Assembly (NCBI RefSeq): GCF_006345805.1
Contig: NC_042997.1
Location: forward strand, 59,520,001 to 59,584,000
Reading direction: 5' to 3'
Origin: Octopus sinensis
Lineage: Eukaryota
Length of the DNA stretch: 64,000 nucleotides
In this document: positions 27,364-39,103 of the stretch, one piece after another
Numbering within the stretch: position 1 is the first letter of the stretch
Layout: the number at the start of each line of letters is the position of its first letter
Program-made: the position numbers and the translations under genes
The notes under the pieces: model-generated
What the model was told of the DNA's origin: nothing
Seen by the model: the letters and a program-made list of their open reading frames with translations, nothing else
The model's database searches: none

Positions 27364-27978
27364 AGGCACAGGAGTGGCTGTGTGGTAAGTAGTTTGCTAA
27401 CCAACCACATGGTTCTGGGTTCAGTTCCACTGCATGGCACCTTGGGCAAGTGTCTTCTGCTATAGCCTCGGGCCGACCAAAGCCTTGTGAGTGGATTTGG
27501 TAGACGGAAACTGAAAGAAGCCTGGTGGCACGTCTGTGCAGGTGGCACATAAAAAGCACCCACTACACTCACGGAGTGGTTGGCGTTAGGAAGGGCATCC
27601 AGCCGTAGAAACACTGCCAGATTTGACTGGGCCTGATGAAGCCTTCTGGCTTCACAGACCCCAGTAGAACCGTCCAACCCATGCTAGCATGGAAAACGGA
27701 CGCTAAACGATGATGATGATGATGATATATATATATATATATACGCATGTGTGTGTATATGTTTGTGCGTCTGTGTTTGTCCCTCTAGCATTGCTTGACA
27801 ACCGATGCTGGTGTGTTCACGTCCCCGTCACTTAGCGGTTCGGCAAAAGTGACCAATAGAATAAGTACTGGGCTTACAAAGAATAAGTCCCGGGTTCGAT
27901 TTGCTCGACTAAAGGCGGTGCTCCAGCATGGCCGCAGTCAAATGACTGAAACATGTAAAAGAGTAAAGAGTAAGAGTA
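27364..27978 (+). mobile_element. SINE family A copy containing an RTE-derived 3' tail segment (~27523-27726)
   Basis: SINE head and tail intact; internal GGAGTGGTTGGCGTTAGGAAGGGCATCCAGCC...(GAT)n block. Confidence 0.85.
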
Positions 27979-28884
27979 TATAACTTTTTTATCAACATAA
28001 AATTAATGTTCCTAAAGTTCTTTCAACTATTGTGAAATACAACTGTAAGGCTACCATTAGCTCCACTGCTTGCAGTAATTATGTCTCTAATGAAACTGTG
28101 TTTATCTTATACTCTTAGCTGCAGCTCATCTTCTTTGTAGATGCATTTCTAGATTTCTGGTGCACTTCCTCTTACATCAGAATTCTCTTCAGTCTGTTAG
28201 GGCATTATTATATTGCCATCATAGAGCAGAATACTTTTATGCATTTGTTAGCTACATTATTTGTACAATATTAAATTTCTGCATAATTTTATACACACAC
28301 ACACACATACACATGCACACACACACACACACATGCAAGCAAGCATGCATACATACGTAAACTGGCTGGGTTTGGAGAAAGAGGCAGGCCTGTCAAGACC
28401 AGTGAGATTGTGGCATTAATGTTCCTCTTGAACCATTGCAAATCAACAGCTGTAGGAAAGTTATAAGCAGGGAGGGGAATTCCAGAGGGCCAAAGTTCTA
28501 GAAAGAAAGGACTAAGGGTAGTGACAAGTGTAGGGTTTTATATAACAAGGGTGATGAAAAGTGAGATGACTGGGTTGCGAATGGCTGAATGGCATGAGCC
28601 CAGCTAGCTCTGAGGAGCAGAGGCAGGGAGAGCAGACAGCATAACTATGGGCCAGAAGCTTGAGTATGTATATCAGTGATTTTTTTGCCAATCAGTTGAG
28701 TGAGCTTTTTCTGGATTTGAGTCAAGATATTTGCATTGTAACTGATGTGAGAGCATTATTCTACTGTGAACCTTATTTGAGCTTTATAGAGGGTCAAAAA
28801 TTGTTGAGGGCTGATATATCTTCTGGCCCTGAAGAGAAAGACCAGTTGTTGGGATGTAGCCCTGAATATGTTTAAGATATGCCT

Positions 28885-29062
28885 TTACCAAATCATTATA
28901 TCAGGTCTGTTGTGCTTACATTTTATTGAGGTCTTCACATTCCACCAGTACTCCTTTTTATTATGAGTGGCTATGGCTTCGACCATACTGTGGCTTCTTA
29001 TTTCTTTGTCCTCGGGGTTATTCTTCCGGTAGATTTCATTATAGAGTGTCCTTGCTACAACA
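28885..29062 (-). mobile_element. R4/Dong-like LINE fragment (restriction-like endonuclease region)
   Basis: VVARTLYNEI...EYWWN..HNRPDIMIW; abuts (TACA)n. Confidence 0.7.
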
Positions 29063-29564
29063 GTATGTATGTATGTATGTATGTATGTATGTATGTATGC
29101 ATGCACCTGATAAAATGGAAAGGCATAGATTTAGAAGAAATTTTCTAAGTGAATGCAGTGTGAAGTTGGCTTTAAAGTAAACAGGAAAGGTTGAGACATC
29201 CTCTGTGAGAATACTACTCACATAAACACACACTGCTGTTGCAAAGTGGTTAGAAAGGAGATTCTGCAAAGCTGGTGGAAATCATTGTAATAAGGAAACT
29301 AAAACATCACAGTTCAGAAGGCAGGGTAACTTCAGGGTTGTACAATGCATGAAGTCATCTTTCATGGGTTGGATATCGGTCTTGTATAGTTGTAGTACTT
29401 TGGGGATGGGGTAGGGTGACTTTCTCCAGGGATTGTAAAACTTGTTTTTTGTCTGAACAGTTTCAGTGCAACTACAAGTGAACCACTTAGGTGACATGGA
29501 ATACAGAGTTTTGTTGCGTACAGTATATAGAGGGATATGCCTAAAACGATAGTTTGTCACCTAT

Positions 29565-29962
29565 ACTCTTTTACTTGTTTCAGTCATTTGACTGTGGCCA
29601 TGCTGGAGCACCGCCTTTAATCGAGCAACTCAACCCTGGGACTTATTCTTTTGTAAGCCCAGTACTTATTCTATCAGTCTCTTTTGCCAAACTGCTAAGT
29701 AACGGGCACATAAACACACCAGCATCGGTTGTCAAGCAATGCTAGGGGGACAAACACAGACACACGAACACACACACGCATATATGTATATATATATATA
29801 TACATATATACGACGGGCTTCTTTCAGTTTCCGTCTACCAAATCCACTCACAAGGCTTTGGTTGGCCCGAGGCTATAGTAGAAGACACTTGCCCAAGGTA
29901 CCACACAGTGGGACTAAACCCAGAACCATGTGGTTAGTAAACAAGCTACTTACCACACAGCC
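29565..29962 (-). mobile_element. SINE family A copy
   Basis: Near-consensus copy. Confidence 0.92.
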
Positions 29963-31699
29963 GAGTCAGGCGTGATCCACATGTGTTGTCAGGAGTAGCT
30001 GGCATAAAACTATCAGAGTTCCAACTAGTCAGCTAGCTTGAAGTGCACAAAGTTTAGATGTAAAGTGTGTTGTGTGGTATGTAATGTAGATATGTATTGA
30101 GTACTGACAACACAATAAATGCAGAGAGAGATTTAGTTTGGAAGTGATTAGGTTAAGAAGTGAAAAAAAGATCAATGGTGTTTGGGGTATCTTTGTGTTG
30201 ATCTGAAATTCATGAGGGGATGAGTCATATTGATATAGAGAGTTGAGGATTGTGAAGGTTTCAACTTCTGCAACAATGATATTAGCATGGGCTGAGTAAG
30301 GGAGCCACAGTGAGTTGTGTGCATTAAAGTCACTGGGAAAGATGACTTCAGAGAGGGGTGAACTGAGACATATGTCCTCAATACAGGAGGAGATGTGGTA
30401 AAAGAGATGCTACTATTGTTCATACAACCTTTGTATATGACATGCAAAATGTTACTTAACTGTTATGTTATCCCTGGATTATACTGAGATGTAAGTGGAG
30501 AAGTTTCATCACTGTCACATTGAACAACTACACTGACCTCATCAGTCTGGGAGGGTGTGCAAAGCCTATAAATCCAGATTTTCCTCCTTGGGCTACATGC
30601 TAAGTGGAATAGTCCTAAAATGGACAACTTGTATTTTAGTCTTCTACAAAGATGGTACAGGTGCCACATTACATGTGAGAGTGAGTCAAAATGGTTTTGT
30701 GGCTGTGATTGTTAATATAATGTAGGAAATGAAATTGGTGTACATATAATATTGGGAGGTTTGCATAGATGTTAGCATTAAAGCTGTGTTGAAGTAAAAG
30801 CAATAACTTGAGTTAGTTAATTACTTGTTTGTGAAGATTTTGAGATTTTCACATTGATTTCAATACCTTCATTCCTTAAGCTACTTAAAAGTCTTCCATT
30901 ATATATAGTGACCTTGGGTTTAGAAACTGCCATTGTAAACCAGCTATCTATTTTGTCAAAATGATTCCTTGTTGTTGCCAATTTATAGTGATTCAATGGT
31001 AGAGATAAATATATTGGCTCTTAGAATATAATTTGATAATGTGTGCATATGTGTGTGTGTGGGTGTGTATGATTCAGTGAGAAAGAGAAAGTGAGAGAGA
31101 GAGACCTCCCCAGTTGAAGTATTGTTTAATAAACAGAACGTTAATGAAAGTTTGAAAACTTTGCAACAAACAACAAGGTTTCATTTTTCTTCATAAGTCA
31201 CACTAGAAGGATCTTTCAACTTCAAACAATAAGAGATCTGTTTCTAATCTGACCTTCTCAAAATATACAAATAATCAAAAACAAGTGGGTTATTTATATG
31301 GTTATATGTATGCTCTCTCCCATGGCAAGCTTCAGCAGAAGAAACAGTGCATTTATGTATTCTAAGAGCAAAAGGCAATAACTTTGATGATTTGATGATA
31401 GCTATTTAAATTTCTCTAGCATGACGATGGTTCTACAAATATGAAATAACAATGTTGTCTTTTATTCTAAACTAAACCAGGACGATTTTTTTTCATGTTT
31501 ATGTTGCTGACCTCCAAAGTAAAACGATGTTTTCATTTAAGGCTACACCATTATCATTAAGTTTCTATCAAATATATTCATATCTAATGCAGATAAAATG
31601 TTGTTGATGACATGAATCATTGCTTTACAGTGATTGATCTCATCAGCTCATATCTAAACACCCCAAAGCTTTGTTTCATACAGAAAACCACAACAAAAT

Positions 31700-32625
31700 G
31701 GAACACTAGATGATTTTGAATTATGTGTATGCTAGTCTAACAGCCCATCCTTATGATCTACAGTACAATACTTTAATACTACTAACTCAATGTAGCTACT
31801 GTACAGCACATAATGACCAACAAGAAGAGCCTCTTCAAAGGATTGGAATGGACACTGGACATACAGAAAAAAAAATTCAATGACATTATGGAGAGAAAAG
31901 ATTCCTGCTTGCAGGTGATTTCCAACAAATTCTGCCTCTGATTTTTAAGGGCACAATGACAGATGAGTTTAATGCCTGCCTCAAAACTTCATCTCTTTAG
32001 AGGTATGTCAAGAAATCAACCCTGTCATTGAACACAAGAGTTACTTAATCCTTTAGCATTCAAATTACATGGTTAAATGTAATGCTTATTTATTCACATT
32101 ATCATGTAGCTTCAAGATTCTGATGATATGATTGTTTATTTTTAAAATGACACTGTGGTGATAGGTGTGAGAGGCTAGATCTGGCTGATTTGAATATAAA
32201 ACAGGTAAGACTATTTCGAATGGATTTGGTTGGCCTAAATGCTAAAGTGTTAAAAAATAGAACAGTTGATAAACATGATTATCAATTGCTTCAAATTGGC
32301 AATGATCAAATCCTAGGTGACAATGATGGAGTAATATACAAAATGAGATGTAAAAGAACGGGTAGCAAAAGTATACCCAAATGTCCATCTCCACTTTAAT
32401 GAACACATATATTAAAAAAAGAGCTATATTAGTTCCAATAAGTGAAACAATAAATAAGATGAATTTCAAATGTTTGGATCTTCTTGTCCATTACATATAA
32501 ATCTTTGACTTCAATGATATAACCCACTGAATCAGTAAATTACCCAACAGAATTTTTAAATGCACTGAATCCTTCTGCAATTCCACACTATCAGTTAATC
32601 TTCAGGTAGATAACTCCTCATGCTT
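31700..32625 (+). mobile_element. Helitron PIF1-helicase remnant
   Basis: LLAGDFQQILPLI, NACLKTS, LNTRV, QLLQIGN, RAILVP, YPTEFLNAL motifs. Confidence 0.85.
32049..32249. mobile_element. piggyBac-like MITE inserted in the Helitron
   Basis: TTAA at 32045-32048 and 32250-32253; TIR core CTTTAGCATT; helicase motifs resume across it. Confidence 0.75.
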
Positions 32626-33795
32626 CCTGTCATTCATCATCATCATTTAAGGTCTGTATTCCATGCTGGTATGGGTTGGATGGTTTAACAGGATTCTATG
32701 GGTCCATGGACTGTATTGTGCTCCAGTGTCTACTTTAGCATGGTTCTGCTGAACTACTAAGTTACAGTGACATAAACACACCAGCACTGGTTGTCAAGTG
32801 AGGGCACATATGCACAGATACATACACACACAGACACATATGCATACAGACACATATGCACACAGACACATACACACACACACACATACATATGCACACA
32901 GACACATACACACACATATATACAATGGGCTTCTTTCCATTTTCGTCTACCAAATCCACTTACAAGGCTTTGGTTGGACAGAGGTTATAGTAGAAGACAC
33001 TTGCCCAAGGTGCCAAACAGTGGGTGTAACCCTGGCTAAATGTGGTTAGGAAGCAGGCTTCTTACCACACAGCCACGCCTGAGCAAGGTCAGGTATTGCA
33101 GCATGTATACATACTTATATGTGTGAGTGCATGCACACGTTTGTCAGTAATGATATTCATAAGTCAAAGTTCCACCTCTTATTGATACGTCTACTGATGT
33201 ATCTAGGTACTGGTTGAATTATAATACTGTAGTACTAAACATTATGGTTGTGCTGACCAAGCTGGGTAAGGCAGCAGTGGTGTAAACCAGTTGGCTATTA
33301 GCTCTGACTGTTCATTATCCTATTTCCACACATCTACCTGTGATCTCAATCCAAATTCAAACTATGTAAATATTACGATCTTATATAAATCTTAGTTATC
33401 ATAAGAAGCAATTAACTTGATGTATATAAAATTTTATATTTGCATCACAGACACAATAAACTGCACCAGTCAACACTGTAAAATTGTTTGTGTTATAAAG
33501 GATATCCAGCTGTAAAAACTATATCAAAAAATAAAAGAGGAATAGATAACAAAGGCTAGGTTATTTAGCTCTGTCAGGGACAACTTCTCTAGTGTTGGTA
33601 GTATGATAAAATTCATCCAGTCCATGCAATAAAATGCTGATAAGAATGGAATCTAGTTGTAAAAAAAAAACACACCAAAAAGTAAAGATAAATACATCAA
33701 TGGTAAGCAGTTTTACTTTAATGTTGTCTGTAACAATGTATTGGTACAGCAACAGAGTATATGTGTGTGTATCTGTCTGTCTGCCTATCTGTCTG

Positions 33796-33828
<33 letters not shown>

Positions 33829-33829
33829 A

Positions 33830-34745
33830 TAGTGGTACCTTGATTTACAAGTTTAATTTGTTCTGTGACAGAGCTCATAACTAAAATTACTCATAAATCA
33901 AATCAAATTTCCCCATTGAAATGAACTGAAATGTCTTTAATCTATTCCGCACTCTGCACCCCAAAAACATCGCAATTTTTTGCTGCATGTTTTTAAATAA
34001 GAAAAATGTACTTATAAATAATGAATATTGTATAAAAAAACAATACAATAGAATGTACCGCAATAAACTGATTTTATTAAGTATAATGTACAGCATTTAC
34101 CTTGGAGATCACATGACTTGAGGATGCTGACAGAAGTGGAGGAGGAAGGCTGAACTGAATTACTGAATCTTATTTGCTGATTTTTACCCTTTTTGCCACA
34201 CTTTCATCACTTTCATTTGCAGGGGTTTTCAATAAAAACCTGTCCAATATAGTCTGTTTCATCCTCACTTTCAGAGTGCCTCTGAAATGAGTTAGGCAAA
34301 TACCATTAAATAGTACCATTGCACACCCAGCTGCAACTTTTTCTGGGTGTTTCTTTTGCATAAAGTCTGAAAGTTTCTCCCACATCTCCAACATTTTCTT
34401 TATTGCACTGGTAGAGATAGCCTCCTCCATCTCCTCCACATCACCTAGTTCCCACAAAACCTTCATGTGCGTCTGTAGCTCCTACACCTGTAGCTCTTCT
34501 GTTGTCAGTTTCTCGGAGTGCTCCTCAATGAGCTTATTGATATCACCTTCATCTACATCCAGGCCCATGGATGTGCTGAGGGATACAATCTCCTCCACCA
34601 CTGCCACTTTGGGTTCCAGTCTTTCAAAATCCATTTCAGACACAACCACAGGCCACAGCGTCTTCCATACATGGGTCAAGGTCCTCTTTGTAACACCCTA
34701 CCAGGCCATATTGATAATTTTGAAGCATATCACGATGTTATAGTG
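33830..34745 (-). mobile_element. Tigger/pogo (TIGD1-like) 3' remnant
   Basis: TIR-like TAGTGGTACCT; WKTLWP..EEIVSL..MGLDVDEGDINKLIEEHSEKLT; FMQKKHPEK..HFRGTLK.RMKQTILDRF. Confidence 0.85.
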
Positions 34746-35225
34746 GTCCATCCAGAACTGTCAAAGGATGTTTCAAAACCGGATAGTGATTCAAACAATC
34801 TCTAAATTCTAGCCTCTCATTTGATTGTGATAAAAAATTATGAATTTTAGAAGAGTCCTTGCTTATACAACCAGGATTTTAAGATTTTAATTTTTAAATT
34901 CTATTTATTCTTAGGTCTATTAATTTTTATTCTGTACATACTCTATATAAGTGTTCCATTTTCTTTTTAGTTTCTTGTAATAATAATAGATTACCAGAAA
35001 GGGAAACCTCTCCGATGAATATATATTATTTTGTGCTGATTAAGGGGTCACAGCCGATTTGGTGTCCTAATATGAAATGAATTGTGGCAGTGGATCTTGA
35101 AATGTCCGTAGACATGGATTTATTCTTGCATTATTCTGGATTCCTTTTTCTTTTGAATCTCACAATGGATGCTTTCTGGATTCACTTTACATTTGATACT
35201 CTAAATATATTATTTTTAATCACAT
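34746..35225 (+). mobile_element. Penelope-like 3' fragment with hammerhead remnant (35032-35114)
   Basis: GIY-YIG C-terminal-like ILEESLLI; core CTGATTA, stem II AGGGGTCAC/GTGGATCTT, GAAATGTCCGTA. Confidence 0.55.
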
Positions 35226-35283
35226 CGATATATATATATATTTACACACATATAAATATATACACATATATAAATATATATAT

Positions 35284-35330
<47 letters not shown>

Positions 35331-35340
35331 TAAATTTATA

Positions 35341-35492
35341 CTCATGGAGTGGTTGGCATTAGGAAGGGCATCCAGCCATAGTAACATTGCCAGATCAGAC
35401 TGGGCCTGGTGCAGCCTTCTGGCTTCCCAGACCCCAGTTGAACCGTCCAACCCATGCCAGCATGGAAAGCGGACGCTAAATGATGATGATGA
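35341..35492 (+). mobile_element. 5'-truncated RTE-type 3' tail with target-site duplication
   Basis: (GAT)n tail; flanking direct repeat TACATATATAAATTTATA. Confidence 0.7.
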
Positions 35493-35679
35493 TACATATA
35501 TAAATTTATATATACAAATACATAAATTTATATATACATATACATAAATTTATGTATACATATATAAATTTATATATATATAGGTGTAGGAGTGGTTGTG
35601 TGGTAAGTAGCTTGCTTATAAACTACATAGTTCTGGGTTCAGTCCCGCTGCGTGGCACCTTGGGCAAGTATCTTCTGGC

Positions 35680-36302
35680 ATGAGGGCCAGTCAGGCAGTA
35701 CTGGCAATGGCCACACTCAAATGATGTTTTTTACGTGCCACCTGCACAGGAGCCAGTCCAGCAGCACTGGCAATGACCTCGCTCAAATGTTTTTTCACGT
35801 GCCACTGGCACAGAAGCCAGTCAGCTGCTCTGGCAACGATCATGCTCGGATGGTGCTCCTAGTGCTCCACTGGCATGGTTGCCAGTCATCGAATTTGATT
35901 TGATTTCACTTGCCTCAACAGGTCTTTGCAAGCAGAGTTTAGTGTCCAGTGAAGGAAAGGTACACATAAGTGGGCTGGTTACACCCCTGGCATAGGCCAC
36001 GAGGTTATGGTCTCATTTGGCTTGCTGGGTCTTCTCATGCATTGCATATTTCCAAAGGTCTCGGTCACTAGTCATTGCCTCGGTGAGGCCTAATGTTCGA
36101 AGGTTGTGCTTCACCACTTCATCCCAGGTCATCCTGGGTCTACCTCTTCCACAGGTTCCCTCAACCACTAGGGTGTGGCACTTTTTCACACAGCTATCCT
36201 CATCCATTCTCACCACATGACCATACCAGTGCAGTGGTTCCTCTTGCACACCAAATTTGATGCTTCTTAGGTTCAACGTTTCTCTCAAGGTACTTACACT
36301 CT
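35680..36302 (-). mobile_element. RTE LINE ORF2 C-terminus plus 3' UTR with ~60-bp tandem repeats
   Basis: LHWYGHVVRM...GRGRPRMTWDEVV..DRDLW; repeats at 35680-35890. Confidence 0.9.
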
Positions 36303-36584
36303 GTCTTTGGCATTAAATCTATTAAAGCTTTTTGAAAATCAACTTGCCAGCATTCTCCTTCATCATATAGACAGTAATCACATTTGGTTAAAATGGCTTA
36401 TTCATGTCTTTTATTTCTCTTTTTTCCTTGACAAGATGATTGCATTGTTTTACATCATTTTATTCCCTCCAGAATAATGTCAATGTTTTCTTCAAAACAT
36501 ATGCATTTGACTTCATTTTTTAATTTTTATATATATATACACACAGGCACACACATATAGATAAATGTGTGTGTCTGTGTGTGT

Positions 36585-36875
36585 GACGTGGAGACTATAC
36601 CACAAGCACTGCCCAAATGACCTCAACATTAGCTTCAAAATCTATCCAAGGGTTGAACCAAGGAAAAGGTTCCCATCATCTTTAAATGGAATCTGGACAA
36701 ATTTCTTAAAGGAATACCAGATAAGCCACCTGGATACAACTCACTCAACAAGTACTCTGTCTTCGAATGGACCATGACACCACAAAACTTGGCTTTAAAA
36801 GGATTTAGCTTATCCTATCAGGTGGTGCTATTAAATCAGACATGGCCTGGACCAATCTTCGGTCGAAATATATCT
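36585..36875 (+). mobile_element. CR1/L2-group LINE 3' end
   Basis: FKWNLDKFLKGIPDKPPGY..; tail GGTGGTGC..CATGGCC..GACC/GGTC-GAAA. Confidence 0.65.
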
Positions 36876-37439
36876 AAGTGTGTGTGTATATATATATATA
36901 TATGTATGTATATATATATATATACTATATGTACATATGTGTAAGCCACCTAAGAGTCCATATGTCAGGAAAAAAATGCACTCGTATATCTGTCAGTAAA
37001 GTGGGTATATTAAAATGTACAGTATTGCATATCCACTATTACCAGTCGGTTTCCCATTAGGGGTTCAACAGAGTGCTAGGTGACAGTCCGAGTGTTAGGT
37101 AATAGTCAGATGAATGAATTGGAGCAAAGTGAAATAAAGTGTCTTGCTGAAGAACACAACAAGCATCCCGATCTGGGAATCAAACTCACAACCTCATGAT
37201 CATAAGCTCGACACTCTAACCACTGAGCTATGTGCCTTCTGCACACACATATACACTATATTACATATGAATTAGATATACGTATTTGTGTACGAACGTG
37301 TGTATGTGTATACATCCACACACACACAGAGGAAAGTTTGCCTGGTTCTTTTCATTATTTGTGGGAAGTGAACAGAGGCTGAAATCTTAACAAGTTAAGG
37401 ACTAGTAAACCACACTAAATATACACCAAATATTCCTAC

Positions 37440-37597
37440 TTGGCTGACCGGTATAACCAATTGCCAGGTTTAACACGACCACCTGGCACTTTTGGTGACT
37501 CTGGTAGAGTCCACAGTATTTCACATATATATTTTGATGACAGCCTCCTCTGTCCATCGGGAAACCGTTAAAGGAACATGAGCTCCATACTTCTCTC
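37440..37597 (-). other. Candidate internal exon of the minus-strand transcript
   Basis: Acceptor tgtgttacttag, donor CAA|gtagga, non-repetitive GC-richer content. Confidence 0.35.
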
Positions 37598-37743
37598 CTA
37601 AGTAACACACACACAAGCGAATAGGCAAACAGATAGATTGATTGTAGATGAGAAGACTCTGCCATTTTCTTGGAAACATTCAAGGTGCTAATTTCCTTGG
37701 AAAATGCATGAATGTCAAGTTTTTCCCTTACGTTTCTCTAGAA

Positions 37744-37949
37744 CAGTGGTTTATGGGCAATGAATTGGTTTTACTTCTACGATACACAAAATATGTTAAA
37801 CATTTTTTTAGGCAACTTTTAATAATATTTAATTATAAAATATGCAATAGGATGTTTTAAAAATCATATGGCTATAAGGAGCCACCAAAATAAAATAGGA
37901 ATCAAAAGGATCCACAGGTAAAAAAGAAAAAAATGGTTGAAAATCACTG
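37744..37949. mobile_element. hAT (Charlie-like) MITE
   Basis: Ends CAGTGGTTT / AAATCACTG; 8-bp TSD CTCTAGAA/CTCTAGAG. Confidence 0.75.
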
Positions 37950-39031
37950 CTCTAGAGCTTTCATTCTCAAACTTTGTTTTGGTGCAGAACCCTTTTAGGA
38001 TTTCCCATAAATCAGAGCCTATGACTATATTTTACAGACAAAAGTTGCCACACTAATTTTAATAAGACAAAAATTGGTATAGAGTGAAAATTTACAGATA
38101 TTCAGGGAAACGTAAATATCACTTTCAAAAGAAAATTACGAATACCACGTTTTTTTTTTTTATGAAATACATTTCTATTACGTTTTATTGAAAAGATATC
38201 TTGCAGAATACTTTCTTTTTCTTTGTGGGAACTCTATCTCTATTGCGGAAAAACTGTCCTAGAAGCAAGCATCTGTAGAGCTATAACCGGGAACCGATTA
38301 TAGAAAACATTTCACTTTAATTTACTCTGCTACGGCTGTTTGGAAAAGCAAACCCGTTACGTCTTATTTACTTTCATAAAGAAAAAAAGCACCCCTCTGA
38401 GACTTCGTGCTTTTGTGTATAGATAAAAAAGCGCACGTTCCTTTCGTCAATTGTTTCTCAAGGTGGGACATTACAATATTTTGGTGGAGAGATAGTGTGG
38501 GTTACTTCAGAATGGGGCGTAAGTAAAATAACAAGTGAATAAAACTGGCAATTATTTTAAAAATTAAACTTGTTTTGAACATATATAACTTCATGGTGGG
38601 ATGCACGTTTTTTCTCTTTTAGTGGGGTAAGTGGAGCGAGGGGACAAAAAGTATGAAGACACACAGTTACTTGTAATAACGAGTCGTTTCACACTCTGGT
38701 AAAGGAAAAAGTTTGTGTAAATAAATTTAACAAGAATGAAATGCAAGAAATAGTTTCTGAAATCCTTTCTTCATTGACAGCTTAAAGGTAAATACAAATT
38801 TTAGGACTTGAAAAAATTTCACTTTATCAAATGTCCCAGATGTTTTGGGAGTAAGTATTGCGTGCACGACACTCTTACAGCATCACTAAACACTGTTGAG
38901 TGGGTGGGTAGCTTCAGTGGGTGACGTATCATCATGATTGAAAATCTACAATTAATTTGGTGTAATAAAAATAGAATGACACGAAAGTTCCAAACAAGAA
39001 AAAATATATATGAAAATTATTTGGACCTTAC

Positions 39032-39103
39032 CGAATCTTCACAGTCTGTTAAACTTGCATCTTCCTTAATTTTCCCGCGTTTTCCTTTAGTTTGACGATC
39101 CAT
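39032..39103 (-). CDS. Candidate first coding exon MDRQTKGKRGKIKEDASLTDCEDS
   Basis: ATG at 39103, 24 open codons (other frames closed), strong donor TCG|gtaagg; at edge of CpG-retaining region. Confidence 0.5.

Larger units (their letters stand above)
28370..30690 (-). mobile_element. Fragmented Jockey/CR1-like LINE (endonuclease to 3' end), interrupted by R4-like fragment and SINE
   Basis: DFNAHNSLW endonuclease motif ~30310-30335; RTLALWNSPP C-terminal motif ~28470-28505. Confidence 0.6.
15015..33652 (-). pseudogene. CCDC33: Decayed multi-exon CCDC33-like (C2 domain + coiled-coil) gene
   Basis: About 16 exon-like segments, most with AG/GT boundaries, in collinear order with CCDC33 motifs recalled from memory: VDVWK*DNEQSELIANWFTPLLPYP (33139-33337), *VPFVNLV (~24790-24919), VLRYFVSL (~24280-24416), ILFP..FDVP (18736-~18950), YESYLLWTG..FFHPLDAMKLEL and CGQHVLQPIQSLFQKV (18133-18379), coiled-coil LKEELLDKQKEK (~17285-17487), IYSTL (~15890-16026), RYWNK..EIRL..LHD (15015-15213); many stops and frameshifts. 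Confidence 0.6.

Noticed and set aside
36300-36410. Possible N-terminal exon of the CCDC33-like gene (WQVDF..FNAK)
   Set aside because: Similarity too weak and truncated by the RTE insertion; not included in the pseudogene span
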